DNA of 63,905 bases, filler included, from an uncultured Rhodopirellula sp. (GCA_964007735.1; 3 parts of 3 records of this genome joined end to end with filler, not necessarily neighbours in it); one strand, 5' to 3'. Shown: positions 46,669 through 55,850, counted from the whole stretch's first letter. The notes: generated from the letters alone by a model not told the origin. A program made the numbers and translations.

Positions 46669-47306
46669 TTTTGTTCCTCGTCCATTGATTCGGTTTCTTC
46701 TTTGGTGTCAGATGATGCATCGCTGGAATCGTTCACGTGATCCGATTGCAAGGACTCTTGATTGTTGATTTCAAAGGTAAAGTTCAGGCGTTCAGCTCCG
46801 AGTGTTAATTTAGGAACGACAATTGATAGTGTACGGCTATTAATGAAACTCGTTGGGATTTGTGCGGCAAACAGCGTCATGGCGTTGCTATCTTCCTGAA
46901 GCTTAAAGGTCATTTCTCTTGACACGGTGGTTTCAGATTCAATATCGCTTACATACGCCAAAACTTCAGTTTCTGCGATCTTTGCCGAACTAGATTTACC
47001 GGTTTCGTCTTCAACACTCAAATAAAAGGTTATTGAGTTGTCTTTCACAGGTAAGACTTCGGCAAAATAGAACAGAAGGCCGTCTGGATGATGTGTGTGC
47101 CCTACTTCGACCATTTCTCCGCCAAACCTTGGTTCACTGTGGTGATGACTGTGATCATGATCGTGTTCGTGAGAGTGACTAACTTGATGATTCGAGTCGG
47201 ATTCGGTACGTCCGCAACCCGCGACAAATAATGCCAAGAGCAGTCCGAGAAAAAAATATTGCGAAAGATGTGAGGTTGATGAACGCATGATAAAAACCCT
47301 TATCAA
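46665..47306 (-). CDS. His-rich putative metal-binding lipoprotein
   Basis: Lipobox 'FVAGC'; 'HQVSHSHEHDHDHSHHH...GGEMVEVGHTHH'; 4-nt overlap with moxR stop. Confidence 0.8.
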   Translation of the reverse strand: MIRVFIMRSSTSHLSQYFFLGLLLALFVAGCGRTESDSNHQVSHSHEHDHDHSHHHSEPRFGGEMVEVGHTHHPDGLLFYFAEVLPVKDNSITFYLSVEDETGKSSSAKIAETEVLAYVSDIESETTVSREMTFKLQEDSNAMTLFAAQIPTSFINSRTLSIVVPKLTLGAERLNFTFEINNQESLQSDHVNDSSDASSDTKEETESMDEEQK

Positions 47307-48295
47307 TTATTTGTGCTTAACAGGGGGACGGTGACGGAGTCCAGAATTTCGGAAACATTTCTCCGGGAAGATTCCAGATCGCCTCCTATTCGTACGTCGA
47401 GAACGGGGAGAGCGACTTTCTGTACATCATCTGGCGTGACAAAATCCCTCCCTTTAAGGTGGGCGAAAGCCTGAGCGACACGTTGCCAAATAATAAGTCC
47501 ACGGGGACTTAACCCGAGTGGGATATCAGGGTGGGCACGAGTAGCGGCTCCTAGGTCAACTAAGTATGCACGCACGGATTCGGAGACGGCAACTTCGGCT
47601 ACATGACGTTGTAATTCTCGCAACTGAGAGGGTTCCAGGATAGGCTCATCGTCTGCACCAAACGCATCGACTTCACCAAGGTTCGAGGCTAGCATCTGCA
47701 TTTCATCATTGCGATTGGGATATCCAATTCGGAGTTTCATTGCAAATCGGTCCAGTTGAGCTTCCGGCAACGGATAAGCTCCGTGCATTTCAACGGGATT
47801 TTGCGTGGCGACGACGAAAAATGAATCAGAAAGTTTGTGGCGAGTATTATCGATTGTCACCTGGCGTTCGGACATGGCTTCGAAAAGAGCGCTTTGGGTA
47901 CGGGGAGTTGTCCGATTGATTTCATCGGCCAGCAAGACGTCTGAAAATACCGGTCCGTGCATGAACTCAAACGCACGTGTTTTCTGATTGAATATATTGA
48001 AACCGGTGATATCACTAGGTAATAAATCAGGGGTACACTGGACGCGGGCAAACTTACCACCTACCGCTATCGCGACTGCCTTTGCCAGTGTTGTCTTTCC
48101 TAACCCCGGAAGGTCGTCGAATAGGATGTGTCCCCGCGAAAGCAAGCACACTAAAACCATTTCCACAACGTCTTCCTTGCCTAGTAATGACGCGTTCAGT
48201 CTTGAACGCAAACGATCAATGGCATCCTGATGTTGACAGATGGGAGTGATCGCGGTCTCGGAATTTGTTTCCCTTGTCATGGGGTCCTCAGTCAT
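47303..48295 (-). CDS. moxR: MoxR-family AAA+ ATPase
   Basis: 'DLPGLGKT', 'RVQCTPDLLPSDITG', 'LLADEINR', 'ATQNP...YPLPEAQLDRF', 'SPRG'. Confidence 0.95.
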   Translation of the reverse strand: MTEDPMTRETNSETAITPICQHQDAIDRLRSRLNASLLGKEDVVEMVLVCLLSRGHILFDDLPGLGKTTLAKAVAIAVGGKFARVQCTPDLLPSDITGFNIFNQKTRAFEFMHGPVFSDVLLADEINRTTPRTQSALFEAMSERQVTIDNTRHKLSDSFFVVATQNPVEMHGAYPLPEAQLDRFAMKLRIGYPNRNDEMQMLASNLGEVDAFGADDEPILEPSQLRELQRHVAEVAVSESVRAYLVDLGAATRAHPDIPLGLSPRGLIIWQRVAQAFAHLKGRDFVTPDDVQKVALPVLDVRIGGDLESSRRNVSEILDSVTVPLLSTNN

Positions 48296-50678
48296 TGTTG
48301 AATTCTTCTCCTGTTAGCCTGTCATAAGGCAAAACGCAGATTGACTTTTTCATTTTACGGGAAGTCCACGTTCTAAGTAATTTAGAGCACGCCGAATATA
48401 CACTTGTTTGAATCGTTGACGACGGGCCAAGCTCGATGGGTGTTGGGGAATAAAACGCGAGATCAGCAAACGCCAGAATTTGCTCCAGGGGTTCGCGATT
48501 CCGTCGTAGCCGTTCTTCCGTTCCCGCCAACTCTCGATACCACTGCGAAAGCGTTAGAGATGGCGGACGTTCTTTACCAGCAATGCGGGCGCGAACCTCC
48601 AAGATTCGTATCGTCCAAATAATACGTCGGCGAGTGCTGCCAAACCAGCCGATTCTCCAGAATACTAAAGAGCTGATGTCAAATAGGACGTGTCTTAATC
48701 GAAATACAATGATGATCCCGAGAATGCTAAATGTGATCAGGCCCCAGTTATGTGCTGCCCAGTTTAACATGGTTAGTCCCGCCAATGAAATCCGTTCCTG
48801 CCATGTTAGCCAGCTTTTGGGAGGTTGGAATCCAGGCGTTGGTTCAACGGGAACCCATATGTTCTGACCAACGTGGACTTCCGTCCAGAAATGTAAATTC
48901 TCTGAGTCCACGATCGTTTGCATTGCTTTTGAGTCGTAGTCTTCCGAATCAGCATAAAACCCCATCACTACCCGCGTCTCGTATCCTAGAGACCGAAGCA
49001 TCACTGCCGCAGTGGACGCGAACATATAATCAGGGCCGCGGCCCGTGGCTAGAAAGTGGTCAACGATATTTTGGCAATCCTCTGGTGCCGTGGCCATGGG
49101 GTCGTGATTATAAAGATCTCGCAAGTTGTTAGTAATGGCCATCACCTGTTCCCACCCTGGAAGTACACGTTGAGTCCAATCACTCGCAAGCGAGCTGGGC
49201 GCGTGAGTGGAATCCACAGGATCTTGTTGTTTCTGCGCAATTTTAGAATACAGGCGCCGGAAATCTCCCAGTTCACCTAACGCTCGCTCGGAATGCACCT
49301 GAGAGAGAAGGTGGATTACAGTGAGTTGTGGTATGAAGTCCTGCGCAGCTAATTCAAAAACGCTATCGGCTCCCAACGTGTAGAAACTCTCCCGATCAAC
49401 GTCGGCAATATGAATTCCCGTTAGATGGGCCGGGCTTGGGATTTGCTTTGACTTGAGGTTAATGATCCTTAAGGTATGTGATTGTTTGCCACGTAAAACT
49501 CCCCCACTATTCCGATTGATTGTTAGCCACGGCTTACCATCCACGGAGGCTAGTGAGGTCCTCACTGGTTTGGGCTGACGACCGCTGTGAGTCAGTTCAA
49601 CGCCGTCAAAAGAATCAAAACGTTGAGTGATGAGATGCAGTGGTGTGTTGCCGGCTACATGGAATAACGCCGTGGAATTTCGTTCGTCAGGTGAGGCTCG
49701 GCGTTGCTTAGACAAGCGACGTAATGAATTAAACTGGCGAGCGGCCTGTTTCGAACTGGCGGTTTTTTGGTGATTGTGTCGAAGCCGATCTGCCGTCAGC
49801 GAAATGGCTTGATTCAACTCCTTGTTGATTTGTTTTTTGACTCGGGCTTCTCCGTATTGATCGCTGGCGACATCGTACAGGCTGGGCATTTTTGATTCGA
49901 GTAAAATTTCAGAATCAACCGGGCCAAAACTGAAAGCGCTATCTTCGGCTGCTATCATCATGTCTCCCTCGCCGACACCGGAACGTGCGTTAGGGTCCGG
50001 GTATTTATCGCCTCCGGATGTCGGCATAAATCCCGCCAGTACCATGGCGGTTTTTGGGACTCCGATGGAGGCGACGGTAATAGCACCTAATCCCGTCAGG
50101 AGCGTCAGGGCAATGAGGACAGGTCTTAGGGGAATCGTGCGGTTTGTAGCAGCAGCGAACTTAGTTTCAAGTCGTTCCCAGTAACTGCACATTAACCACC
50201 ATAAGCCGAATGCCGCATAGATCACACTTGCTGTCCAAATTAAACTGTTGTCGGTCATGGCAGTGACGAAAAGGACAAGGAACCCGTTAAGCAACGCGGA
50301 GATTTGGAGAGACTTATGGGAAGAAGGTATTACGGCCAACGCCAGTGAAACATTCTGGACCATATTTAATAATACGAGTTCGTTCGGATCTCCAATCGCC
50401 AGGGAGCGAGTAATGATTTGTACCGCCATCGGAAGCAGAATCATCGCGAGGTGGCAAATCAAATGAGGTTTCATTGATTCAGTTACATTGACCTGGCGTC
50501 GGCGGAAGGTTCTAGATAGGGCGAAGACCGTTATCAGCGTTAGAGTGGTTTCGGCTAAAACAACCCAACCACTCCAGTGGCTCGTAAAGCGGAAAGTCTG
50601 CGTAATCATCATCGCTAGGGCAGCGAGGAAAATTACGGACGTCTGACCAACGGGTTTAGGCTGCGGACCACGAGTCAT
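48288..50678 (-). CDS. Membrane-anchored transglutaminase-like (TgpA-type) protein with altered catalytic site
   Basis: About six N-terminal TMs; core 'FLATGRGPDYMFASTAAVMLRSLGYETRVVMGF...LHFWTEV...WVPVEPTP'; C-terminal TM. ATG 50678 preferred. Confidence 0.85.
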   Translation of the reverse strand: MTRGPQPKPVGQTSVIFLAALAMMITQTFRFTSHWSGWVVLAETTLTLITVFALSRTFRRRQVNVTESMKPHLICHLAMILLPMAVQIITRSLAIGDPNELVLLNMVQNVSLALAVIPSSHKSLQISALLNGFLVLFVTAMTDNSLIWTASVIYAAFGLWWLMCSYWERLETKFAAATNRTIPLRPVLIALTLLTGLGAITVASIGVPKTAMVLAGFMPTSGGDKYPDPNARSGVGEGDMMIAAEDSAFSFGPVDSEILLESKMPSLYDVASDQYGEARVKKQINKELNQAISLTADRLRHNHQKTASSKQAARQFNSLRRLSKQRRASPDERNSTALFHVAGNTPLHLITQRFDSFDGVELTHSGRQPKPVRTSLASVDGKPWLTINRNSGGVLRGKQSHTLRIINLKSKQIPSPAHLTGIHIADVDRESFYTLGADSVFELAAQDFIPQLTVIHLLSQVHSERALGELGDFRRLYSKIAQKQQDPVDSTHAPSSLASDWTQRVLPGWEQVMAITNNLRDLYNHDPMATAPEDCQNIVDHFLATGRGPDYMFASTAAVMLRSLGYETRVVMGFYADSEDYDSKAMQTIVDSENLHFWTEVHVGQNIWVPVEPTPGFQPPKSWLTWQERISLAGLTMLNWAAHNWGLITFSILGIIIVFRLRHVLFDISSLVFWRIGWFGSTRRRIIWTIRILEVRARIAGKERPPSLTLSQWYRELAGTEERLRRNREPLEQILAFADLAFYSPTPIELGPSSTIQTSVYSACSKLLRTWTSRKMKKSICVLPYDRLTGEEFNND

Positions 50679-51948
50679 GACATAACCTTTCCCATTGAGT
50701 TTGAAGTTGTGTAGGAATATCGTTTTCGCAATCAATGGTTAACCAGGAATCTTCGTTATGATTGGTTGGCGTTGTTTTTAATACTACAAAGCGTGTGCCC
50801 GCAGGAGTGCCACCCAGATTCTCTAATTCCGACATTCTTGCCGAGGTTGTAACGATAATTCGCAGGATGTTTTTGGATTGGAAGCCAAAACCACAGCGTT
50901 CCCCAAAGTCACTACATTCTATCGGCTGGAGCATCGCCAGATTGTCAAAAGTAGATTGAATACCCATCGCTAATGCTGTGGGGTTGGGAGAAAGTGTTTC
51001 CGTAGTGTAAGTAACACTCCAGCCATGTTCGTGGAATTGTTTTATCAGACTGGCGCCCACGCGAATACCCCATTCGAAACTGCCGTTGCCCGACTGGAAT
51101 TGATGAACCCCAGGGTCAGTGTCAATAGAAACTTCCACTTTGCGATGCGCCGCGGTTTGTCTTTCACAAACGATAAACCGATTGTGACGGGCAGTTTGAG
51201 CCCAGTGGATATGTTTCAGTGAATCGCCTCGACGATAAGGCCGAACCGCAAGTACATCCCCTTCTAGTCCCGCTTGGTTCATTAAAATCCCAGTGGCTGT
51301 AAGGTCCCTTCCCTGCACGGGAGGAACCGAGGCTAGTTTTACCGTTTTCGGCCAGACAATCAACTCAGATTTGATTTGGACCTCATCGTGAGCGTACCAG
51401 ATACCAAAGGGGAAAGCGCTGGAGATTCGACAGATACCAGAGGGATAAAGACCTCGGCGATGGGGCTCATATTCCCACTTAAAATCGGTCGTGGCCCACC
51501 CAGGCACACGAGCGAGAGCGACAGCGGTTGAATCATTTGAGGGTGAAAGGTCTTCGGAAAAGAAACCGCCTTCGACCGCCAATCCCCAGATGGGCCATGG
51601 AAACGAGTTTTTGATACTAAGGGTCACCTGAACGGGCTCACCCTCAGTAGCTCGACGTCGGTTAAACGATAAACTGCAACTTACACCTCGGATTGCAATC
51701 CATGGCCAGATGACTCCCAGAAGGATGACGGCCGTAAGAGCAGCAAACATAACCCAGCCCTGAGGTGCGAGGAACAGGCCAATCAGCAGTGAAGCGGCTG
51801 CGGCCACGATTAACCAACCTATCGGTTGTTTCAACCAGTAGACGTAGCGGTTCGCCCAGGGGCAGAAATCCTGATTTGCAAGGTTTAGCAAACGTTGAGT
51901 AATACGGCTTACCTGATGTCGCGTGTTATGTTTGTCGGGTGAAGACAT
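50656..51948 (-). CDS. DUF58 family membrane protein (MoxR partner)
   Basis: Two TMs, 'RRGLY...SSAFPFG...LIVWP', 'VRPYRRGDSLKHIHWAQTAR'. ATG 51948 preferred to TTG 52134. Confidence 0.9.
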   Translation of the reverse strand: MSSPDKHNTRHQVSRITQRLLNLANQDFCPWANRYVYWLKQPIGWLIVAAAASLLIGLFLAPQGWVMFAALTAVILLGVIWPWIAIRGVSCSLSFNRRRATEGEPVQVTLSIKNSFPWPIWGLAVEGGFFSEDLSPSNDSTAVALARVPGWATTDFKWEYEPHRRGLYPSGICRISSAFPFGIWYAHDEVQIKSELIVWPKTVKLASVPPVQGRDLTATGILMNQAGLEGDVLAVRPYRRGDSLKHIHWAQTARHNRFIVCERQTAAHRKVEVSIDTDPGVHQFQSGNGSFEWGIRVGASLIKQFHEHGWSVTYTTETLSPNPTALAMGIQSTFDNLAMLQPIECSDFGERCGFGFQSKNILRIIVTTSARMSELENLGGTPAGTRFVVLKTTPTNHNEDSWLTIDCENDIPTQLQTQWERLCHDSWSAA

Positions 51949-52160
51949 TTTCTGTTGTTGGTATGGAACGTACTTGATGGGTAGGACGTTGTCGGCTTGC
52001 GGGAGTTGGTCACGGTGCTGTTTACGCCTTACGTTGTCGAAAACAACACGTTGTTGAATGACTAAAAAAAGTCTCGTCGCCTGGATCACCAACTCTTTTT
52101 TGAGTTGGCTAGCAAACGTCTTTGATTGACTCAACCGTAGCGGGGTCTGATTACTGAATC

Positions 52161-52574
52161 TTAGGCGAATTCAGGGGGCGCTCTTGTCTGAAATCCAGCA
52201 AGTCGATCTGGCAGATAAAGAACCGATTGTGAGTAAGTAAACAAAGGGAGTACCTCTGAAGATACTGGTACCTCTATGTTGGTCGTCTGATCGTGTGCTT
52301 GGGCTAATACCAGACACACCGAGCAATTCTCGGAATCGTGCGGAGGATTCTGGCCGTCCGATTCCGGCGTCGCATCTTGTTCTTCGACGGGAGTAACGCG
52401 AGGGAGAGGAGCGGTAGGCTGATGCGAGGCACAGTGACTAGTGCAACTGTGGGTGGCATCAGCATAGGCCTGGCTGAATGAGCAGGCTGCCAAGTGAATA
52501 GCTTCACCAAATAGGACACGTCCTAGATAGACGGTCAGTAGTGTGGTCAGGAATAATAGTTGTTTTGAATGCAT
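52161..52574 (-). CDS. DUF2946-like protein with CxxC and C-terminal RAPP motif (putative arrest-peptide leader)
   Basis: N-terminal hydrophobic segment, 'HSCTSHCASH', 'HDSENCSVCLVLAQ', 'RAPP' at 52173-52184. Start ATG 52574 or TTG 52586. Confidence 0.78.
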   Translation of the reverse strand: MHSKQLLFLTTLLTVYLGRVLFGEAIHLAACSFSQAYADATHSCTSHCASHQPTAPLPRVTPVEEQDATPESDGQNPPHDSENCSVCLVLAQAHDQTTNIEVPVSSEVLPLFTYSQSVLYLPDRLAGFQTRAPPEFA

Positions 52575-52966
52575 TTGTGGAGACAACCAGTTTATGGTTG
52601 TTTTAAACCTATATCCTCACGGTTTATTCTCACTACTAGTGATTAAATCACAATATGTTATTGAGAAACTTATCCGGATTCGGCATCGCGCTCAACACAA
52701 ATCGCTCTATATCCCGCAGAAAACGGCAAAAGTTCGAGCGCCTCATCGAAAACCGGCTGACTTCTACTGAGGTGTTATGAGGGACAGTGAGGGCTAAACT
52801 ATTTTTTTTAGGTTCTGCGTTTGTTCTGAGGGGCTATGAGGGCTTAGGCTGGCCCTACTTTTGAGGTGGTCGTCAGCATAGCCCCAGAGACCATATGACC
52901 CTCATTTACGTGGGGGTAATGGTCGTTAGCCACTCTTTCAGAGTTGCCTAAAACCTACTGCTTCTT

Positions 52967-53347
52967 TTATTTTTCGATGAGAGGTTGGAGGTCTTCTGAG
53001 ATGTAAAGCCATTCAACCTTACTAAGACTTTCTGCCTGTAGGTCAGTGATGGAGGTTAAGCCATTTAGATAAAGTACTTTAACCTTACTCAAGCTTTCTG
53101 CTTGCTCGTCGGTTATGGAAGTTAATTCGTTTAAGAAAAGACGTTTGGTCTTTCCCAAGCTTTCAGCCTGCTCGTCCGTAGTCGATGTTAAGCCATATAG
53201 TTCAAGCGCCCTAACCTTGCTGAGACTTTCGGCTTGTGTGTTAGTAATCGATGATAAGTTAAGGCAAAGACAAGCCGAAACCCGATTCAGGATCTCAACC
53301 TGTTCATCCGTAATCGTAGCAGTGACGTTACCTTTTCCGTAATTTCC
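52967..53347 (-). pseudogene. Fragment of 22-aa leucine-rich-repeat-like protein
   Basis: Hand translation gives ~5 repeats of 'LxLxxLTSITDEQAESLSKV'. Frame is open to 53347, then TGA at 53348-53350 with no ATG; lies at the contig edge. Confidence 0.6.
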
Positions 53348-53354
53348 TCAATCG

Positions 53355-53454
53355 NNNNNNNNNNNNNNNNNNNNNNNNNNNNNNNNNNNNNNNNNNNNTT
53401 AATTAATTAANNNNNNNNNNNNNNNNNNNNNNNNNNNNNNNNNNNNNNNNNNNN
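53355..53454. other. Artificial contig linker
   Basis: N44-TTAATTAATTAA-N44. Confidence 0.98.
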
Positions 53455-54426
53455 GCGGAGAAAGATCCTGTTGCAAAACAAATGCTGGAAGGTAAGCTGG
53501 CTCAGTATATCGCCTGGGACAGTGACAAAGACGGAGTGCAGGAACGGGCTCTCAGACATGGTTTTCAGGATTTTGAATTGCCTGCTGGCCATAGTCGCTC
53601 GGCACTTGAAGAACTTTGTCGCTGGCGATTGTGGGAACGAACTGGCGGCGGCTTGATGGCCGAACTCGGTAGCCACCAAATGGATGCTGCCGGTATCTTT
53701 TGTAGTGCTCTCCGACAGGATGGTAAGAAAGCTCAGCCGCTGAGCGTTCATGCGGTTGGCGGGCGGCATATCTTCGGCGAAGACCGGCAGGTTGAAGACC
53801 ATGTTTATTGCACAATCGAGTTCCCGGCGCCGGGATATGAAGATGCTTTCGACGTGGGATACGCTGATCCGGGAACGGGGGCTGGTAAAGGCGCTGTTCC
53901 GGGCTACGTCGAAAATGACAACAAGAAGATTGTCGTAACCTATTCATCGATCAATGGAAATGGATATGGAGGTTATGGCGAAGTTGTTATGGGCACTAAA
54001 GGGACTTTGATTCTTGAACGTGAATATGAAGTAATGCTTTATAAAGGCTCAAGCACCACCACCAAGGTTGGTGTTAAAGAAGGGCAAGGTGGTCCAACGA
54101 TGGATACGCAGGCAAGTGGTGAAGCTGCTCCGGTAGCACAAGCTGCTCAGACAGGCCCTGTGAGCCGTGGTTACACGGAAGAGATTGAACACTGGGCTTA
54201 CTGTATTCGAAATGCAAGCCCTGAAAATCAGCCGCGATGTAATCCTAAAGTTGCATTGAGTGACGCTGTCATTGCTCTTACCACCAATGTTGCCATTCGC
54301 AACGGTGCTAGAGGTGACGGAGGTTATATTAAGTTCGAAGATAGCTGGTACGATATCGACAGCGATGAAACGCCGGACGGCTCAGATCTTAAAGAAACTC
54401 GGGCACGATTGGTAAAAGACGCTTAA
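53455..54426 (+). CDS. Gfo/Idh/MocA-family oxidoreductase, C-terminal part (5' partial)
   Basis: Frame open from the contig edge; 'RWRLWERTGGGLMAELGSHQMD', 'EVVMGTKGTL', 'EEIEHWAYCIR'. Confidence 0.85.
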   Translation, partial: AEKDPVAKQMLEGKLAQYIAWDSDKDGVQERALRHGFQDFELPAGHSRSALEELCRWRLWERTGGGLMAELGSHQMDAAGIFCSALRQDGKKAQPLSVHAVGGRHIFGEDRQVEDHVYCTIEFPAPGYEDAFDVGYADPGTGAGKGAVPGYVENDNKKIVVTYSSINGNGYGGYGEVVMGTKGTLILEREYEVMLYKGSSTTTKVGVKEGQGGPTMDTQASGEAAPVAQAAQTGPVSRGYTEEIEHWAYCIRNASPENQPRCNPKVALSDAVIALTTNVAIRNGARGDGGYIKFEDSWYDIDSDETPDGSDLKETRARLVKDA

Positions 54427-54453
54427 GTATTTTACTTGCCAAGGTCTTTCGAT

Positions 54454-54500
54454 AACAACCTGTGGTGTGTTCGTTGCAAACGAGGGTGCCACAGGTTGTT
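54454..54500. terminator. Stem-loop between convergent genes
   Basis: AACAACCTGTGG / CCACAGGTTGTT 12-bp inverted repeat with inner TCGTT/AACGA pairing. Confidence 0.65.
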
Positions 54501-54519
54501 GATGATATCGCCGATGGGG

Positions 54520-54867
54520 TCAATTGGGGTTATAGGTATCCCGTTGATAGCTTCGTCGTAAGGTGTTCATGATTCCCAGAATGATTAACGCGACGCCGAT
54601 CACTGGTAAGATCAATCGCACAGAGGGGCCGTTGATGATGGCGAAGACTATTGCAATACCCACTAAAATTCCAGTTGGTCCTCGTAGACGCCCAAGCACG
54701 TTGACCAGATCGTCATAAGCCAGGCGGAAGATAGCAAAAAAGATAGTGACTCTAAGTAGTATGTCGAGTGCACCCTCTTTCAAGTTTTCATTGCCGGAAA
54801 GCCAAAGACCTGCACAGATTGTCACTAACAGACAAAGAACAATCGTGCAGCGTTTTTTTGTATCCAT
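54520..54867 (-). CDS. Small hypothetical membrane protein (~4 TM)
   Basis: Hydrophobic segments; 21 nt downstream of the co-oriented isomerase gene. Confidence 0.65.
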   Translation of the reverse strand: MDTKKRCTIVLCLLVTICAGLWLSGNENLKEGALDILLRVTIFFAIFRLAYDDLVNVLGRLRGPTGILVGIAIVFAIINGPSVRLILPVIGVALIILGIMNTLRRSYQRDTYNPN

Positions 54868-54888
54868 CTTGGTTTAATAGCTTCAGTG

Positions 54889-55731
54889 TTAACCGATTTT
54901 GCTTTTTAATTCGGTAAGTAACTTAACCGCATGCCCAATTTCGGCTTTTTGACGTTCGGGCTCCTGAGGGATTTCTCGCTCAATCGTGAGCGGACCTGTG
55001 TAACCCAGATCATCCAATGTTCGGAGGTAGTTTTCCATCCCCACGTCCCCTTCTCCGAGTGGAACCTCGGCTCCCCAGTCAATGCCTGGTTTCTCGGACC
55101 AAGTACCATCTTTACAGTGAATGCTCTTTACATAAGCTCCCACTTTTTGCAACGCTTCGATAGGTTCACCCGTTCCGTACAGGATCATGTTGGCGGGGTC
55201 GAAGTTAACAAAGAGATTGTCTCGTCCAACGTCACTGATGAATTGAAGAAGTCCTTCAGCTGTCTCCTGTCCTGTTTCGAGATGGAGGGACTGGTTATTG
55301 CCTTGGCAATGATCTAGTAGGTCTTGTGTAACTTTTACGATTTCTTGATAAAGTGGATCCGTGTTGTCGTGAGGAATGAAGCCCAGGTGCAAAGCAACGA
55401 CGTCACATTTAAGCAAGCGTGCAAAATCGGCGATCTCTTTCATCTCCTGTACGCGGGCTTCCCGTGTACTTGGAGGAACCAGACCAACGCTGTCAACAAC
55501 CGTGGGGATATCAGCATAGCTCTCACCGTCAAAACCACCAAATACGGCCGTCAATGTAATTCCCAGTTCCTCAAGCTGTGCGAGGAAACTTTCAGCGTTC
55601 TCTGGTGTGCGAGTTTCTGCGGCTGGTGCGTGCAACTGAATGGTTGGCACACCCAGTTCATGAGCCACTTCGATTTTTACACCTAATCCAGCATCAATAC
55701 TTGTAAAAACTCCGATGGGCCACTTTTCCAT
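54889..55731 (-). CDS. Sugar-phosphate isomerase/epimerase (xylose-isomerase-like TIM barrel)
   Basis: 'LHLETGQE', 'VNFDPAN', 'IHCKDG', 'VPLGEGDV', 'LTIERE'; AAGGAG SD. Confidence 0.92.
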   Translation of the reverse strand: MEKWPIGVFTSIDAGLGVKIEVAHELGVPTIQLHAPAAETRTPENAESFLAQLEELGITLTAVFGGFDGESYADIPTVVDSVGLVPPSTREARVQEMKEIADFARLLKCDVVALHLGFIPHDNTDPLYQEIVKVTQDLLDHCQGNNQSLHLETGQETAEGLLQFISDVGRDNLFVNFDPANMILYGTGEPIEALQKVGAYVKSIHCKDGTWSEKPGIDWGAEVPLGEGDVGMENYLRTLDDLGYTGPLTIEREIPQEPERQKAEIGHAVKLLTELKSKIG

Positions 55732-55850
55732 GGTGAATCTCCTTAGGGCACTTTAGGCTTCGCAATGAGGTGAATGTTTAACTGCGATCTTATTAGTCTC
55801 AGCGTCAGTTCGCATTATACCGAAACAAGGGTAGCAAAGTAGTTGAGCAA

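Noticed and set aside
52967..53347. Diversity-generating retroelement target
   Set aside because: No reverse transcriptase or template repeat in the window.
53407..53802. Minus-strand ORF running into Xs
   Set aside because: Antisense to the oxidoreductase and terminated by the linker.
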